DNA of 64,000 bases from Octopus vulgaris. Lineage: Eukaryota. Below are positions 51,550-64,000 of the stretch, in pieces. Position numbers and translations under genes: made by a program. The stretch covers positions 111,538,001 through 111,602,000 of the forward strand of contig OX597817.1 of the NCBI GenBank assembly GCA_951406725.2, written 5' to 3'. A model generated the notes under the pieces. It was given only the letters and a program-made list of their open reading frames with translations. It had not been told where the DNA came from and ran no database searches. The number at the start of each line of letters is the position of its first letter. Within the stretch, counting starts at the first letter, position 1.

Positions 51550-52420
51550 GGATCTTTTCCTTTTGAACGGCATATGTCAACACAATTTCTAGTTAACTAA
51601 ACACTTTTAAACTTCGTATACTGATAGAATGTGTTTATAAAACATCATTTTTTCTTGGCTTTATTGAGAAAATTCTATAGTTTGTAACATATTTCCACTT
51701 TAAAATCGAGCATTCCGGCAATTTTAACCAATCAAATACGTCCATTTGGGGTGAAAACATACCGTGCTGTATGAATATGCCCATCGTTTAAGAAACAGAT
51801 TGGGTTTATTTACATTTGCGAAGAAAAAAATATACCTTCCCCCCACCCCTAACCCTAACCATAACTCTAAACCTAACCCTAAAATAGATTGAAATGCAAT
51901 AGATCGATACTAGGGTTATAATTATGGGTGACAATTTCATTTGACACCGCTATAAAAAAATCCCATTTTCCGTAGCGGTGTCGTATGAAATTGTCACCCA
52001 TAATTATAACCCTAGTATCGATCTATTGCATTTCAATCTATTTTAGGGTTAGGTTTAGCTAGAGTTAGGGTTAGGGTTAGGGTTAGGGGTGAGGTTAGGG
52101 GTGGGGTTAGGGTTAGGGTTAGGGGTGGGGAAGGGTATCTTTTTTTCTTCGCAAATGTAAATAAACCCAATCTGTTTCTTAAACGAGGGGCATATTCATA
52201 CAGCACGGTATGTTTTCACCCCAAATGGACGTATTTGATTGGCTAAAATTGCCGAAATGCTCGATTTCAAAGTGGAAATATGTTACAACATATAGAATTT
52301 TCTTAATAAAGCCAAGAAAAAATGATGTTTTATAAACACATTCTAGCAGTATACGAAGTTTAAAAGTGTTTAGTTAACTAGAAATTGTGTTGACATATGC
52401 CGTTCAAAAGGAAAAGATCC
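51550..52420. mobile_element. Merlin-like fold-back MITE with internal (TTAGGG)n
   Basis: TIR GGATCTTTTCCTTTTGAACGGCA; 8-bp TSD ACATGGTT; near-perfect arms of about 400-450 bp; spacer 51953-51972. Confidence 0.85.
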
Positions 52421-53952
52421 ACATGGTTTTCTTCTTTAAAAGTTTTCGGCTTAAATTTCAATTCTTTATAACTGCTGACAAATCACACAGTTACAGTTTA
52501 TGATCTGTTTAGTATTTGCATTTCATATCGTAAATAATATAATCGTATTGCAGCGCTATAATAATTTGTCTATCGTATTAGAAAAGGGTTAGAATAAAAA
52601 TAACAATGTTAGTTAATAACTTGAGGTATTGAAAATTAACTGTAGATATGGTTGCTGATTCTTTAGTAAAATTTTGCATAGCATTCTGTAAATCTTTTTT
52701 AGCATGTAGAAGACCAGAAAATAGCGATATTTATCTCGTGAAAACATCTCGTATATACGTATAGTGCTGAAAAGCGTAGAGGTATATCTGTAGCAGTCGG
52801 GAAAACTCTATTAACAGCGATAGAATTTCCAGATTTCTGCTTCATCGAACGTCACCTGTAACAAGTATCCACTATTTCGAACTAATATTGCTTCTTTCGC
52901 TAATAACAAGCTTTTACTTACCCTGCCGGCTACTTGCGATACCCGTGATCCTTTAATCACTGTTTTTCTATATCAGCAAAGTCTAAATTTGCTTAAACAT
53001 GAGACTGCTAGTGGATACTTGCAAATGATGAGGCTCAAAGAAGAGGAATATGGATTTAGGAATTCTAGCGCCGCCGCTAGACGCTTTTCGTCTGCCACTA
53101 ATTTACTTCTGTGCTTTTTAACACTATACGCCTATACGAGATGTTCTTTCTTTTCATTTTGTTTTTTTTTCAAGACGAATACCGCGGTTTTCTGGCTTTC
53201 TGTAGTATATCCCCATTAAATAAGATAACGAAATGCTAGTTTGAACAAATAAGCTTCCATCGCTAATAGCAAAATTTGTATATTACTATCACATCACCGA
53301 TTCTTTTTGTTTCTCAAATAAGAGATTAAATACTTCTAGATAGCTTATATAGGTTTCGGCCATGTCTAACTTAATAGCACCACCTGGTGAAATCTTTTAG
53401 TCATATATGGGGTACCATGGTCCACTCTAGCAAAGTGTTATTATTATTGGAGACATATCCGGGTATAGATAAAAATATTGAGAAAAAGAACTAGAAAATA
53501 ACCAAAAACCAATGTATAATTGGGAGTCAACATTACGATACAATCCCCTTCTACATAACATTGGTTATGTGTCTATATACTGAACAGAAATAATGTATAT
53601 TGTTGACTGTAGAAAGCTGTCGGATCTAGCTGAGTTAAGAATAATTTTAATCAAAGTTTGGCGTATTAATCTATTTTCTTTCACGAAAAAGAAATTTAAA
53701 ATTATAGATCCTCTTAGGTGAAACGCCTGGAACACCTGAAAAATGTCGAAAATCGCTCAAAGAACTAAAAATTCACAGTGATCTTTTATAAGGAAAAGTA
53801 AATAAAAGGCTTTGTCTAGAAATAGCAGACAAATAATAATAGAGATAACTGAGATAAAAGACTGACTAGAAATAGCGTGCCAAATTAACAATGGCTAGAA
53901 AATCCATTTCAGCAGACGGTCACATTATTGTATATGCATAAGAACAAAACAC

Positions 53953-54551
53953 GGATCTTTTCCTTTTGAACGGCAGACAATTTCTAGTTAACTAAACACT
54001 TTAAAACTTCGTATACTGGTAGAATGCGTCAAAATAAAACATTGTTTTCTCTTGGCTTTCTTGATAAAATTGTAATTTGTTTGTTTAACGTAGTTTAATT
54101 TTTCGAATTTTAACCTATGCTCTCTTTTGAGCTAAAATCATTCGCTGCGTCTAAAACTGAGACAACATCCTGTCACTAACCCTAAATCTCCCCCTAACCC
54201 TAACCCTAACCCTAATTTTTTTTTCTTAATTGTTAAATTAATTTAATTGTTACGCGTGTAGAAAAAAACTAAAGCAATGGAAAATAATTTAAACAATTAA
54301 CAAACAAAATAATTCTATAATTTTATACACACGCTTTCCGTATACGTATTGTTCAATGGAGGTAATCGATTGGTTAAAATTGCCGAAATGCTCGGATTTT
54401 CAGACGAAATATCTTACAAACCATAGAATTTTCTCAATAAAACCAAGAGAAAATGATGTTTTATAAACACATTCTACCAGTATACGAAGTTTAAAACTTT
54501 TTAGTTACCTAGAAATTATGTTACAAACTGCCGTTCAAAAGGAAAAGATCC
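53953..54551. mobile_element. Related Merlin-like MITE with (CCCTAA)n
   Basis: Same 23-bp TIR; 8-bp TSD CAAAACAC; CCCTAA repeats at 54177-54215. Confidence 0.85.
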
Positions 54552-54571
54552 CAAAACACTCCTAGTTACCA

Positions 54572-54616
<45 letters not shown>

Positions 54617-54625
54617 TACTATTAC

Positions 54626-54667
<42 letters not shown>

Positions 54668-54672
54668 GTAAC

Positions 54673-55438
54673 GGGGTGAGCTAACACAATCGTTAGTACA
54701 CCTGACAAAATGCTTAGCGGTATTTCGTCTGCCGTTACGTTCTGAGTTCAAATTCCGCCCAGGTCGACATTGCCTTTCATTCTTTCGGGGTCGATAAATT
54801 AAGTACCAGTTAAGCACTGGGGTCGATGTAATCGACTTAATCCGTTTGTCTGTCCTTGTTTGTCCTCTCTGTGTTTAGCCCCTTGTGGGTAGTAAAGAAA
54901 TAGATATTTTGTACAGGTGAAACACTGGGGTCGATATAATCGACTAGTCTGCTCTCCACAAATTTCAAGGTTTGTGCCTTTAGTAGAAAGGATTATTATC
55001 AATATCATGTAAGGCGGCGAGCTAGCAGAAACATTAGCACGCCAGGCAAAATGCTTACCGACATTTCGTCCGTCTTTACGTTCTGAGTTCAAATTCCACC
55101 GAAGTCGACTTTGCCTTTCATCCATTCGGGAGCGATAAAATGAGTAACAGTTGAAAACTGGGGTCGATGTAATCGACCTAGCCCCCCCTGCCAGAATTTG
55201 AGGTGCCTTGTGCCTATAGGAGAAAAGATTATTATTATCATTTGGGCGGCGAACTGGCAGAATCGTTAGTACGCCAGAGAAAATGCTTTGCAACATTTCG
55301 TCCGTCTTTACGTTCTGAGTTCAAATTCCACCGAGGTCGACTTTGCCTTTCATCCTTCCGGGGTCGAAGAAATAAGTACCAGCTGGGTTGGTGTAATCGA
55401 CTTATCCCCTGCCTAGAGGTTTCTGGCCCTATGCCAAA

Positions 55439-55485
<47 letters not shown>

Positions 55486-55700
55486 GGCGGCGAACTGACA
55501 GAATCGTTAGTGCGCCGGGGAAAATGCTTAGCAGTATTTCGTCCGTCTTTACGTTCTGAGTTCAAATTCCGCCGAGGTTGACTTTACCTTCCATCCTTTC
55601 GTGATCGATGAATTAACTACTAGTGAAACACTGTGGTCAACGTGATCGACTAGTCCACGCCCTCAAAATTTCAGACCTTGTGACTTCAGTAAAAAGAAAT
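54673..55700 (+). mobile_element. Tandem SINE family B cluster (4 units) in (TTA)n
   Basis: Units start at about 54673, 55012, 55244 and 55486, separated by (TTA)n. Confidence 0.9.
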
Positions 55701-56509
55701 TATTATTAATATTATTTGAATTAGTCACAGAAAACTATTTCCAACGAACTAACGCTTGAAGTGGTTCTATTGTTTATCTAAATTACTAAAAAGATACGTT
55801 TCTTTACGCTTATATATATGCGCGCGCATGTGTGTGTTATATGAACTTTTTCACTTTTTTTCTTTTCAGAAAATTCTAAGAAAATCGATGTATTTTTATT
55901 GAAAGAATTAATTCTGTATTTGTACTTAATAATTTGGTTCTTGTTTTTAACTGAAGTTTTATCCTCGCGTGACTTATTTAATGAAAACAGAAATTACTGG
56001 AAGTCTGAAAACAAAACTAGTAAACAAGCAGGCAAAATAAAGCAGATGCAGCAAAACAATTTTAGAATAAACAGACATCGAGAACGCACTAATTTGAAAG
56101 TTAGAAGAATATCGAGAATTTCTTTCGAAATTTTATCTGACCAACCACCTTTGCATAATTAGTTGAAAACGAACAAGTTATCGCTTTCCGATACGTTGTT
56201 CAGTAAAATTTTCTAAAAAAATAAAAAAAAAGATACAGTACCGAAAGAAAAAATTCAATCTGTGCAGCAACTAGTAATAAATAGATTCCATATTTTCTTA
56301 CTTTCTTTCCACTCCAAAGCATACTTTTATCAGAAATGAAAATAACGGAGTAGAGAGATTTAAAAAACAATGAAACGGCAAAGCACTGATTAAAGAATGT
56401 AGAAAAACAGATTTGTGATTTGAATTACCTTTGTATATAACGAGTTGAGTAATCTGTCTTTGGTTCCCCAGCTGTATATCGACACCTGCATAAGCCGTAT
56501 TAGTATATC

Positions 56510-56798
56510 GCTTTATTATCAGCTAAGGAATTGATGGAAGAAGCGTGATTATCTTCAGGTTATGTACTAGATGTACCGCACAACCACGAAGGCCGTGGAA
56601 TAATGATTTAATAAATTTCATTGCATAATAAGTCAACTGAAAGATCAATCTAACTATGCTACCATTGCACAATTTGAATTGCTACCAGCAACTATATTAT
56701 TAAGTTATAAATTCGAGCAGAAAGGCAAGTAACATGTCACAATGAGAAGATAGGCGATATACATGCGATAATGCTTCTATGCAAATGTATGTCACTGA
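56510..56798. repeat. 289-bp direct repeat, copy 1
   Basis: Matches 57789-58077 with 6 substitutions counted by eye. Confidence 0.9.
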
Positions 56799-56859
56799 CG
56801 TAGCCCATGTATGTATATCTCTCTTCCCCTCTCTCTCTCGATACATACATACATACAAA

Positions 56860-56964
56860 AATACCCTGTTGCTGATATTGTAATTCCAATGAAGGAACCT
56901 TGAATCTAGGTTAGAAACTGGCTCTTTCTCTATTGGCAAGAAATATTGAAATAAAACTGAACAA

Positions 56965-56967
<3 letters not shown>
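56860..56967 (+). mobile_element. R4/Dong-like 3' UTR fragment
   Basis: Resembles 20820-20910 (CCTTG.ATCT..GTT.GAAAC.GGCTC) and follows (TACA)n. Confidence 0.45.
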
Positions 56968-57008
<41 letters not shown>

Positions 57009-57011
<3 letters not shown>

Positions 57012-57313
57012 CATCACGTGACCGACCAGTCCATCAGATGTAGTTACACATCGCTGGTCACAATGCGTTCGCATTGTTTTAGCCTTCGAATGACGCCACC
57101 CCGCTGGCTAAGCGAGCAGGCCAACAGAAGAAAGAGTGGGAGAAAGAGTGGTGAAAGAGTACAGCAGGGATCACCCCCCCCCCGCCTGCCGGAGCCTCGT
57201 GGAGCTATTAGGTGTTTTCGCTCAATAAATACTCACAACGCCCGGTCTGGGAATCGAAACCACGATCCTACGACCGCGAGTCCGCTGCCCTAACCACTAG
57301 GCCATTGCGCCTC

Positions 57314-57315
<2 letters not shown>
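57009..57315 (-). mobile_element. SINE family C with a different 3' tail
   Basis: Head and body are the reverse complement of 47078-47250. Confidence 0.85.
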
Positions 57316-57364
<49 letters not shown>

Positions 57365-57402
57365 AAAAATGAGATGTGGAACACGAGTTGTGATATATAA
57401 AA

Positions 57403-57712
57403 AAAGGAAATGAAGAAAATGCTGACAAAATAATTTAAGTAAGGGAGAGTGTATTTAATTAGGTGAAAGTTTTTTTACGGTTGCGCATTTGTTATGCTTA
57501 TCAAAAGATATATTTTTAAGAGAGATAGAGTTCCTTTCTGATAGATTTTTTTCTCAGATAAGAGAAAAAAATCTATCAGAAAGGAACTCTATCTCTCTTA
57601 AAAATATATCTTTTGATAAGCATAACAAATGCGCAACCGGTAAAAATAACTTTCACCTAATTAAATACACTCTCCCTTACTTAAATTATTTTGTCAGCAT
57701 TTTCTTCATTTC

Positions 57713-57716
<4 letters not shown>
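57403..57716. repeat. Near-perfect palindrome, arms about 153 bp, 6-nt loop
   Basis: Centre at 57556-57561; flanked by TA repeats. Confidence 0.9.
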
Positions 57717-57760
<44 letters not shown>

Positions 57761-57788
57761 CTGGGTTCATAGGATTATGCTCAAGGTG

Positions 57789-58077
57789 GCTTCATTATCA
57801 GCTAAGGAATTGATGGAAGAAGCATGATTATCTTCAGGTTATGTACTAGATGTACCGCACAACCACGAAGGCCATGGAATAATGATTTAATAAATTTCAT
57901 TGCATAATAAGTCAACTGAAAGATCAATCTAACTATGCTACCATTGCACAATTTGAGTTGCTACCAGCAACTATATTATTAAGTTATAAATTCGAGCAGA
58001 AAGGCAAGTAACATGTCACAATGAGAAGATAGGCGATATACATGCGACAATGCTTCTATGCAAATGCATGTCACTGA
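57789..58077. repeat. 289-bp direct repeat, copy 2
   Basis: Matches 56510-56798. Confidence 0.9.
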
Positions 58078-58219
58078 ATGTCAATGCATGTCAATGATTC
58101 ATTCACACTTTGAATTTAGTGGTACTGGTAACGGCTTGTGCTCGCTCTGATACCATGAGTTGAGGTAATGCCTTCTAGTGCCTCCAAATTTAATACACAA
58201 TTATTTATAATTGTAGAGT

Positions 58220-58310
58220 CCTACGCTGAGGAGAAAAATAGTCGGGTAAGACATAATTATTTAATTTTTATGGTTTCCTATGACTTAATTTCGAAACGTA
58301 CGTCCGTAGG
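58220..58310 (+). ncRNA. Type I hammerhead ribozyme
   Basis: CCTACG-CTGAGGA-GAAA..AGTC..GACT..TTTC-GAAAC-GTAC-GTC-CGTAGG; perfect helix I, palindromic helix III, GUC triplet. Confidence 0.88.
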
Positions 58311-58492
58311 TGACTTAATATAGAATGATTGTCGTCATTTCTTTCTCTTTTGCCTGCGTTGTTTGCCTTTTAAGTGCTGTAGTTTTACTGAGATCTCCCT
58401 TTTAAGTAGAAAGAATAGCCATAACTCTTTGACTGCTATTTCTAAATTCGGTGTGTGGTGAGGCAAATCGTTGCTAAACCCTTAATTACAGA

Positions 58493-58732
<240 letters not shown>

Positions 58733-58833
58733 CAGGGTGAATACTTGATAATTGTAAGCACCTGTATATGCCATTTAGTGGTGTAGGTGATAGAGTATAT
58801 TTATCAAAATAAAAACATGATGCAAAGGATTTA

Positions 58834-58921
58834 GCGGTACATATGTTTCTGGCTTTTATTAGACGGTTTATATCAATGCATAATTGATGTAATTTGTATG
58901 TCAAATTTGTATGTCAGCCGC
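58834..58921 (-). ncRNA. Damaged hammerhead motif
   Basis: GCGG-CTGAC(AT)..GAAAC-ATAT-GTA-CCGC; core disrupted next to a 13-bp tandem duplication. Confidence 0.45.
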
Positions 58922-59049
58922 GTACAATAACTACTCCAAGGACATGTATTACATTATAAGTTTTACGTTGGGGATGCAAATCCTCATAGTCGTGTACAAC
59001 AGAGCGAGGCACCAAAACAAAATCGAAGCGTCCATCCCGTTTTTCACTC

Positions 59050-60005
59050 GATGTTGAATGAGGAGATTGGATGTTGAGATAGAGAGGGAAAGAGTTGAGA
59101 TCTAGGGAATTAGGCCATATGTTAGGGGTTATGTGATCATGAAAATTTTCAGCTACCCAATCTTGTATTACTAGAGCCATGTGTGATAGTGCAGAGTCTT
59201 ACTGAAACACATATGGCTTTCTGTTGTATATACTGTCTATCCAGGGCTTAACAATTATTTTCAGGACCTCAATGTAAGCCTTGTGGAAAGAAGTAAGGAG
59301 GCATAACATGCCCTTCATTGCTGACAACCCCTAAAACCACGACAACTGCAGGAAATTTTATAAGCCTAACACTTGGGACTTCAGAAGGGTCTGCACATGA
59401 CCATCTGTCATTTCTTCTGTTAACCTTTTGATCTTGGTCAAAGTTTTTTTCGTTTGAGAAAAATCAAATCAAATCTTCTGTTGGATTTTTCAGTTTGTTT
59501 AAGAGCCTTTTAGATCTGATGTAGTGATATTCTTTGGCCTTTTCTGACAAATTGACCTTTCCTCATCATATAAAACTTATATCTGAAGTCTTCGTGGACA
59601 ATATTTCTGTCTTTTCCTTCTGACACATGGAGATCTTTTGTAATTGGTCTCATGGACTTTCCGATATTGTAATCAATAGTCTGTTGAACTTGCTGGATAA
59701 ATACAGGTTTTCTAATTATTTCAGAGCGTTTAGAATGCTTTTTATGCTTTGATACTGGTGATATGTTTCCATCTTCAGTCTCTAGCTCCTTACAAACTTT
59801 GTAGACGAAAGATCTGGCAGCTTTTAAAAATCGAGATATTTCTAAATCGCTATACTCAGCCTTTATAACCACAACAACGGCATGCCTCCTCATTTCTCGA
59901 GTAAGTCTGTCATTATTATTTTCTGAAACAAAGATTATACAGAGTTATCAAAAGATGCAGCAATGACCCAAAAAAGGTATGTCCTCAAATATCTTATGCA
60001 CCCTG
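59050..60005 (-). mobile_element. Tc1/mariner superfamily remnant (maT/DD37D-like)
   Basis: TA|CAGGGTG end; HTH-like ORF 59510-59893; FSNEKNFDQD; QDWVAENF..IWPNSLDLN. Confidence 0.7.
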
Positions 60006-60073
60006 TATATATATACACATATACATACACATATATGTATGTATGTATATGTGTGTGTGTGTGTGTGTGTGTG

Positions 60074-60128
<55 letters not shown>

Positions 60129-60214
60129 GTAGGTCCCGGGTTGATTCGGGGTTAACCACAGTAAGTAAGGTACTCAATACATAGCAGAGTAAAATTAATT
60201 TATTATATAGAAGG

Positions 60215-60265
60215 AGCTTCTACAGGACTAGTACTGTTTCATTCAAGAGAAATCTTCAGGAAGCT
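60215..60265 (-). ncRNA. Type I hammerhead ribozyme
   Basis: Exact reverse complement of 60956-61006. Confidence 0.8.
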
Positions 60266-60955
60266 ATTTAACAAGAATTGTATTAGCATTTATACATTTA
60301 GGCAGGTTTAAAGGAGTGGTGGTGGGGACTTTTTGGGGGTAGGCATAGCGCAAAATATCATACTTGGGGAGTGGTCAAGAGTCAGTGGTAAGTTAGATGA
60401 AAGAATAGATAAATAAAAAAATAAAAAATAAAAATAAAAAAATAAAAATAAAATAAAAAATAAAAAAATAAAAATATAAAAATATATATAAAAAAATATA
60501 TATATAAAATATATATATAAAAATATATATATAAAAAAAGGGGGGATAGAGTTATAGGTAAATAAGGAGATTCTCACTTATACCTATACACACATGTATG
60601 TGTGTGTAGATACGTATACATGTGTGTATAGGTATAAGTGAGAATCTCCTTATTTACCTATAACTCTATCCCCCTTTTTTATATATATATTTTTTTATAT
60701 ATATATTTTATATATATATTTTTTTATATATATTTTTTATATTTTTTATTTTTTTATTTTTTTATTTTATTTTATTTTTTTATTTTTTATTTTTTTATTT
60801 TTTTATTTATCTATTCTTTCATCTAACTTACCACTGACTCCTTGACCACTCCCCAAGTATGATATTTTGCGCTATGCCTACCCCCAAAAAGTCCCCCACC
60901 ACCACTCCTTTAAACCTGCCTAAATGTATAAATGCTAATACAATTCTTGTTAAAT

Positions 60956-61006
60956 AGCTTCCTGAAGATTTCTCTTGAATGAAACAGTACTAGTCCTGTA
61001 GAAGCT
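60956..61006 (+). ncRNA. Type I hammerhead ribozyme
   Basis: AGCTTC-CTGAAGA-TTTCTCTTGAAT-GAAAC-AGTACTAGTCCT-GTA-GAAGCT. Confidence 0.8.
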
Positions 61007-61025
61007 CCTTCTATATAATAAATAA

Positions 61026-61056
<31 letters not shown>

Positions 61057-61084
61057 TACAGATATACATGCATACGTACATATA

Positions 61085-61960
61085 CAGGGATTGGACAAAA
61101 TAATGGAAATACCTAGCATTATAGCATCATTATTTTGAAATATCTATAAAACCGTCAAAAGCTTGTTTATTTTTATGTTTTTTTTTATTTATTATTAGTT
61201 TTGCTTAATATGCTTTGCTAAAATTGCTGCCTCTCTTCAGATATCATCAGAAAAAAGGTAATTAAAATTCATTAAAATGACAGATCTGTCGAACTTTAAA
61301 AGAGGTCAAATTGTTGGTGCTCGTATGGCAGGGGCTAGCGTAACGAAAACAGAAAAATGTTTGGTGTATCAAGAAATACTGTCTCGAAAGTAATGATAGC
61401 CTTTGAGAAAGAGGGGAAAACCTCCTCGTCGAAACAAAACTCCGGAAGAAAACCAAAACTTTCAGATATGGACCGTTGGACTTTTACGCGAATTGTTAAA
61501 AAGGATCACAAAAGTACAGCTCCCCAAATTACTGCAGAGCCTAATGACCACCTCGAGAACCCAGTTTCTACAAAAACTGTTCGAAAGGAGCTACATAAAG
61601 CCGGATTTCATGGGAGGGTTGCAATCAGAAAGCCACTACTTTCAAAAACAAACGTTGCAAAGCGCTGATAGTGGAGTAAAAACCTACAGAAATGGTCCCT
61701 AGAGCAGTGGAAGAATGTTATTTTCTGGGATAAGTCATCCTTTACCTTATTTCCGACCACCGGCCGAGTATACGCGTAGAGACAGCCAAAAGAAGCATTT
61801 GACCCAAACTGCCTTCTCCCAGCTGTTAAACATGATCTGGTGGGACTATATCTTGGAAATCCACCTTCATGTCAGAATTAATAATCATTTTATCTGATCA
61901 AATTCATCCTATGGTTGCGGAACTGTTTCCGGAGGGAAACGCAATCTTTCAGGATGAATC
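61085..61960 (+). mobile_element. Tc1-like transposon, truncated
   Basis: TA|CAGGG..GGACAAAATAATGGAAA start; MTDLSNFKRGQIVGAR, SGRKPKLS, GRVAIRKPLL and AIFQD motifs. Confidence 0.85.
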
Positions 61961-62869
61961 TGATAATATTTTTATAACAAACCATACACAACTGAAAAAA
62001 TTAATAAACATGAAAACTAAAAAAAATTAAACATCTTACTGAATCTAATAACATTTTTATAACAAATCATACCATACCTATTGCGGAGGCCAAACATCAA
62101 CAATGTGTTGAAGTATTGAATCAAAAGGATCTAACCCTTTTAATTCAATCTCTTGTCACCACATAAACTCAACTTTTTAGTGGGGAGGTAACCCAATTTT
62201 TTAATGGCAATTTTTAATAGGGGTGAGATAACCAAAAAGTACCAAAATTTTTCACGGCGAATTTTTCAAATGTTAAACGTTCTAATGTTTTTCCTAAAAG
62301 TTATAGAAGTGAAACTAATTATGTGAATGCTTTTACATGTTATTTTTTAACATAAAGGAGCCAAGTAAGAGCCCTCATAAGTAAGGGACCTCATAACTTA
62401 ACTAGCACAGGGCCTCATTTGTCCTAAATCCGGCACTGACTGTAAGCTTTTGAAAGAGTTGTTTAATCAACAATCTCTGAACTCGGTTCACAGACCGCCA
62501 GTACTATGAGGTAGGGGGGAGAGCGTCACTGGGGCTCATGGACCCCCAGGTTGGAGTTCCCAGGCATTGATTCACCCTCATTTGATCGGATAGATTTGTT
62601 GTATAACAAAATATGATCCGCATACTTTTAGTTGCGTGTCTGGTGGTACCTTATCAACACGCTCATCCTCACTCACAAGCAAATATCTCTGTGTTGGTAA
62701 AATCGATAGTGTACTGAATCATCTCATGTTTGTTTTACTAGTTAGCGTAAATATGAATGTGTTTTTCCTTATACAAAATGTTATCCTTTTATCTCCTTTA
62801 ATCAACCTACTCGATCATCCTTCAACAACTTTCTTTTCTGTTGTTCCTCTCAAACGAGCATTAGAAATT

Positions 62870-63054
62870 CACAGATTTCTTCTTTCCCTCTCCCTATCTC
62901 TTTCTCTTTGTTTCTTCCCTCATCTCCTGCTATCTCTTTCTCTCCCCACCCATTCTTTCTTTCTTTCTTTCGTTCTTTCTTTCTTTCTTTCTGTCATTCT
63001 TTCTTTCTTTCTTTCTTTCTTCCTTTCTTTCTTTCTTTCTTTCTTTCTCTCTTC

Positions 63055-63116
<62 letters not shown>

Positions 63117-63468
63117 CGTTCACTAATATCACTTTCCTTTTAGTATTCAACTTCATATTTTACCATTTTCTGTCTTTCTCTTCGTTCCCTCTTCGCTCAT
63201 TTTCTATCCTTTATTCTTCTGTTTATCCTTGCTTTATTATTTCTTTATTTGATCCTTTTTTTTTTTGTCTCTCATTCTTTCTCTCAATTTCCTTTTTTTC
63301 TTTTTCCTTTCTTTGTTGTTGCTACTTTGTTGCTCCTCTGTTTTTCTTCCTCTCCCTACTTTTCTTCTCAATTCGCACTGTCTTTCAATTCAAATTAATT
63401 TTCGCCATCTATCTTCCCCTTCCCCGCCTCACCCCTCTCCTTCACGTTCTCTCTCTCTCTCTCCATCC

Positions 63469-63500
<32 letters not shown>
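62870..63500. repeat. Polypyrimidine tract with (TTTC)n and (CT)n
   Basis: Read directly from the sequence. Confidence 0.9.
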
Positions 63501-63507
<7 letters not shown>

Positions 63508-64000
63508 ATTTATTCAACCGCCACAGTTTCCATTTCTTTCAGCATTTTCTCATCCTTTCTCTCTTCTGTTTCCCTCCTCCATCATATCATTAAACATTCA
63601 TCGACTGACAATGCTCACACATGCATGCTCAACAGAACACGCGTAAAAGATGCATATACATTCCCAAGGCATGCACACATCCAAGTAAACCACAGAAATA
63701 TTTGTGTCTATTTTTACAGTTTCACTTACTCATATTTCATTCACCAGATGTGTTCAATGAAATAATTCAGACAGTAAACAAGTCACAACAACGACTGATG
63801 CTTTCTTGTCGCGCTCCATAGATATAAAGTGTAAAGTTACACAATTACATATAAATAATTAAATATACGCCTTAAAATATTTTATTACAACTGCACATTT
63901 CTTTTGAAGGCAAGTTTTACACACGCACACACATTTACTCATGCATGCTTACACGTAGATATCTTAAGTGAAGGCAAAAATGTAAACAAGCACTGTAAAA

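Larger units (their letters stand above)
60130..61023. mobile_element. Fold-back Penelope-like pLTR element (arms about 400 bp) with two opposed hammerheads
   Basis: Arms 60198-60599 and 60616-61023; extra tail 60130-60197; (TA)n on both sides. Confidence 0.85.

Noticed and set aside
52042-52130. True telomere or chromosome fusion site
   Set aside because: Short, degenerate and enclosed in a TIR/TSD-bounded element
62636-63765. 336-aa and 166-aa hydrophobic ORFs resembling membrane proteins
   Set aside because: Produced by a (TTTC)n/(CT)n polypyrimidine tract lacking stop codons

Overview
AT-rich, microsatellite-dense eukaryotic DNA with no convincing host protein-coding exon; almost all ORFs in the track are microsatellite or low-complexity artefacts or transposon debris. 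The SINE families and repeat landscape look like octopus (cephalopod) DNA; this is an inference from recall, not a database hit. Contents: three Penelope-like (GIY-YIG) retroelement bodies plus many short ORF-less pLTR or fold-back pieces; three SINE families; five Tc1/mariner remnants (two full length); two hAT transposase remnants; a hAT MITE; Merlin-like MITEs carrying TTAGGG repeats; Helitron pieces; a Chapaev3-like element; an R4/Dong-like 3' end; and a Gypsy-like remnant. Two signals are invisible in the ORF track. (1) About 14 type-I minimal hammerhead ribozyme motifs from many unrelated sequence families, most with a palindromic helix III, typically abutting (TA)n tracts and often in fold-back structures. 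(2) A near-perfect 7-pentamer heat-shock element plus TATA box directly upstream of a hAT transposase start. All folds and translations were done by eye.
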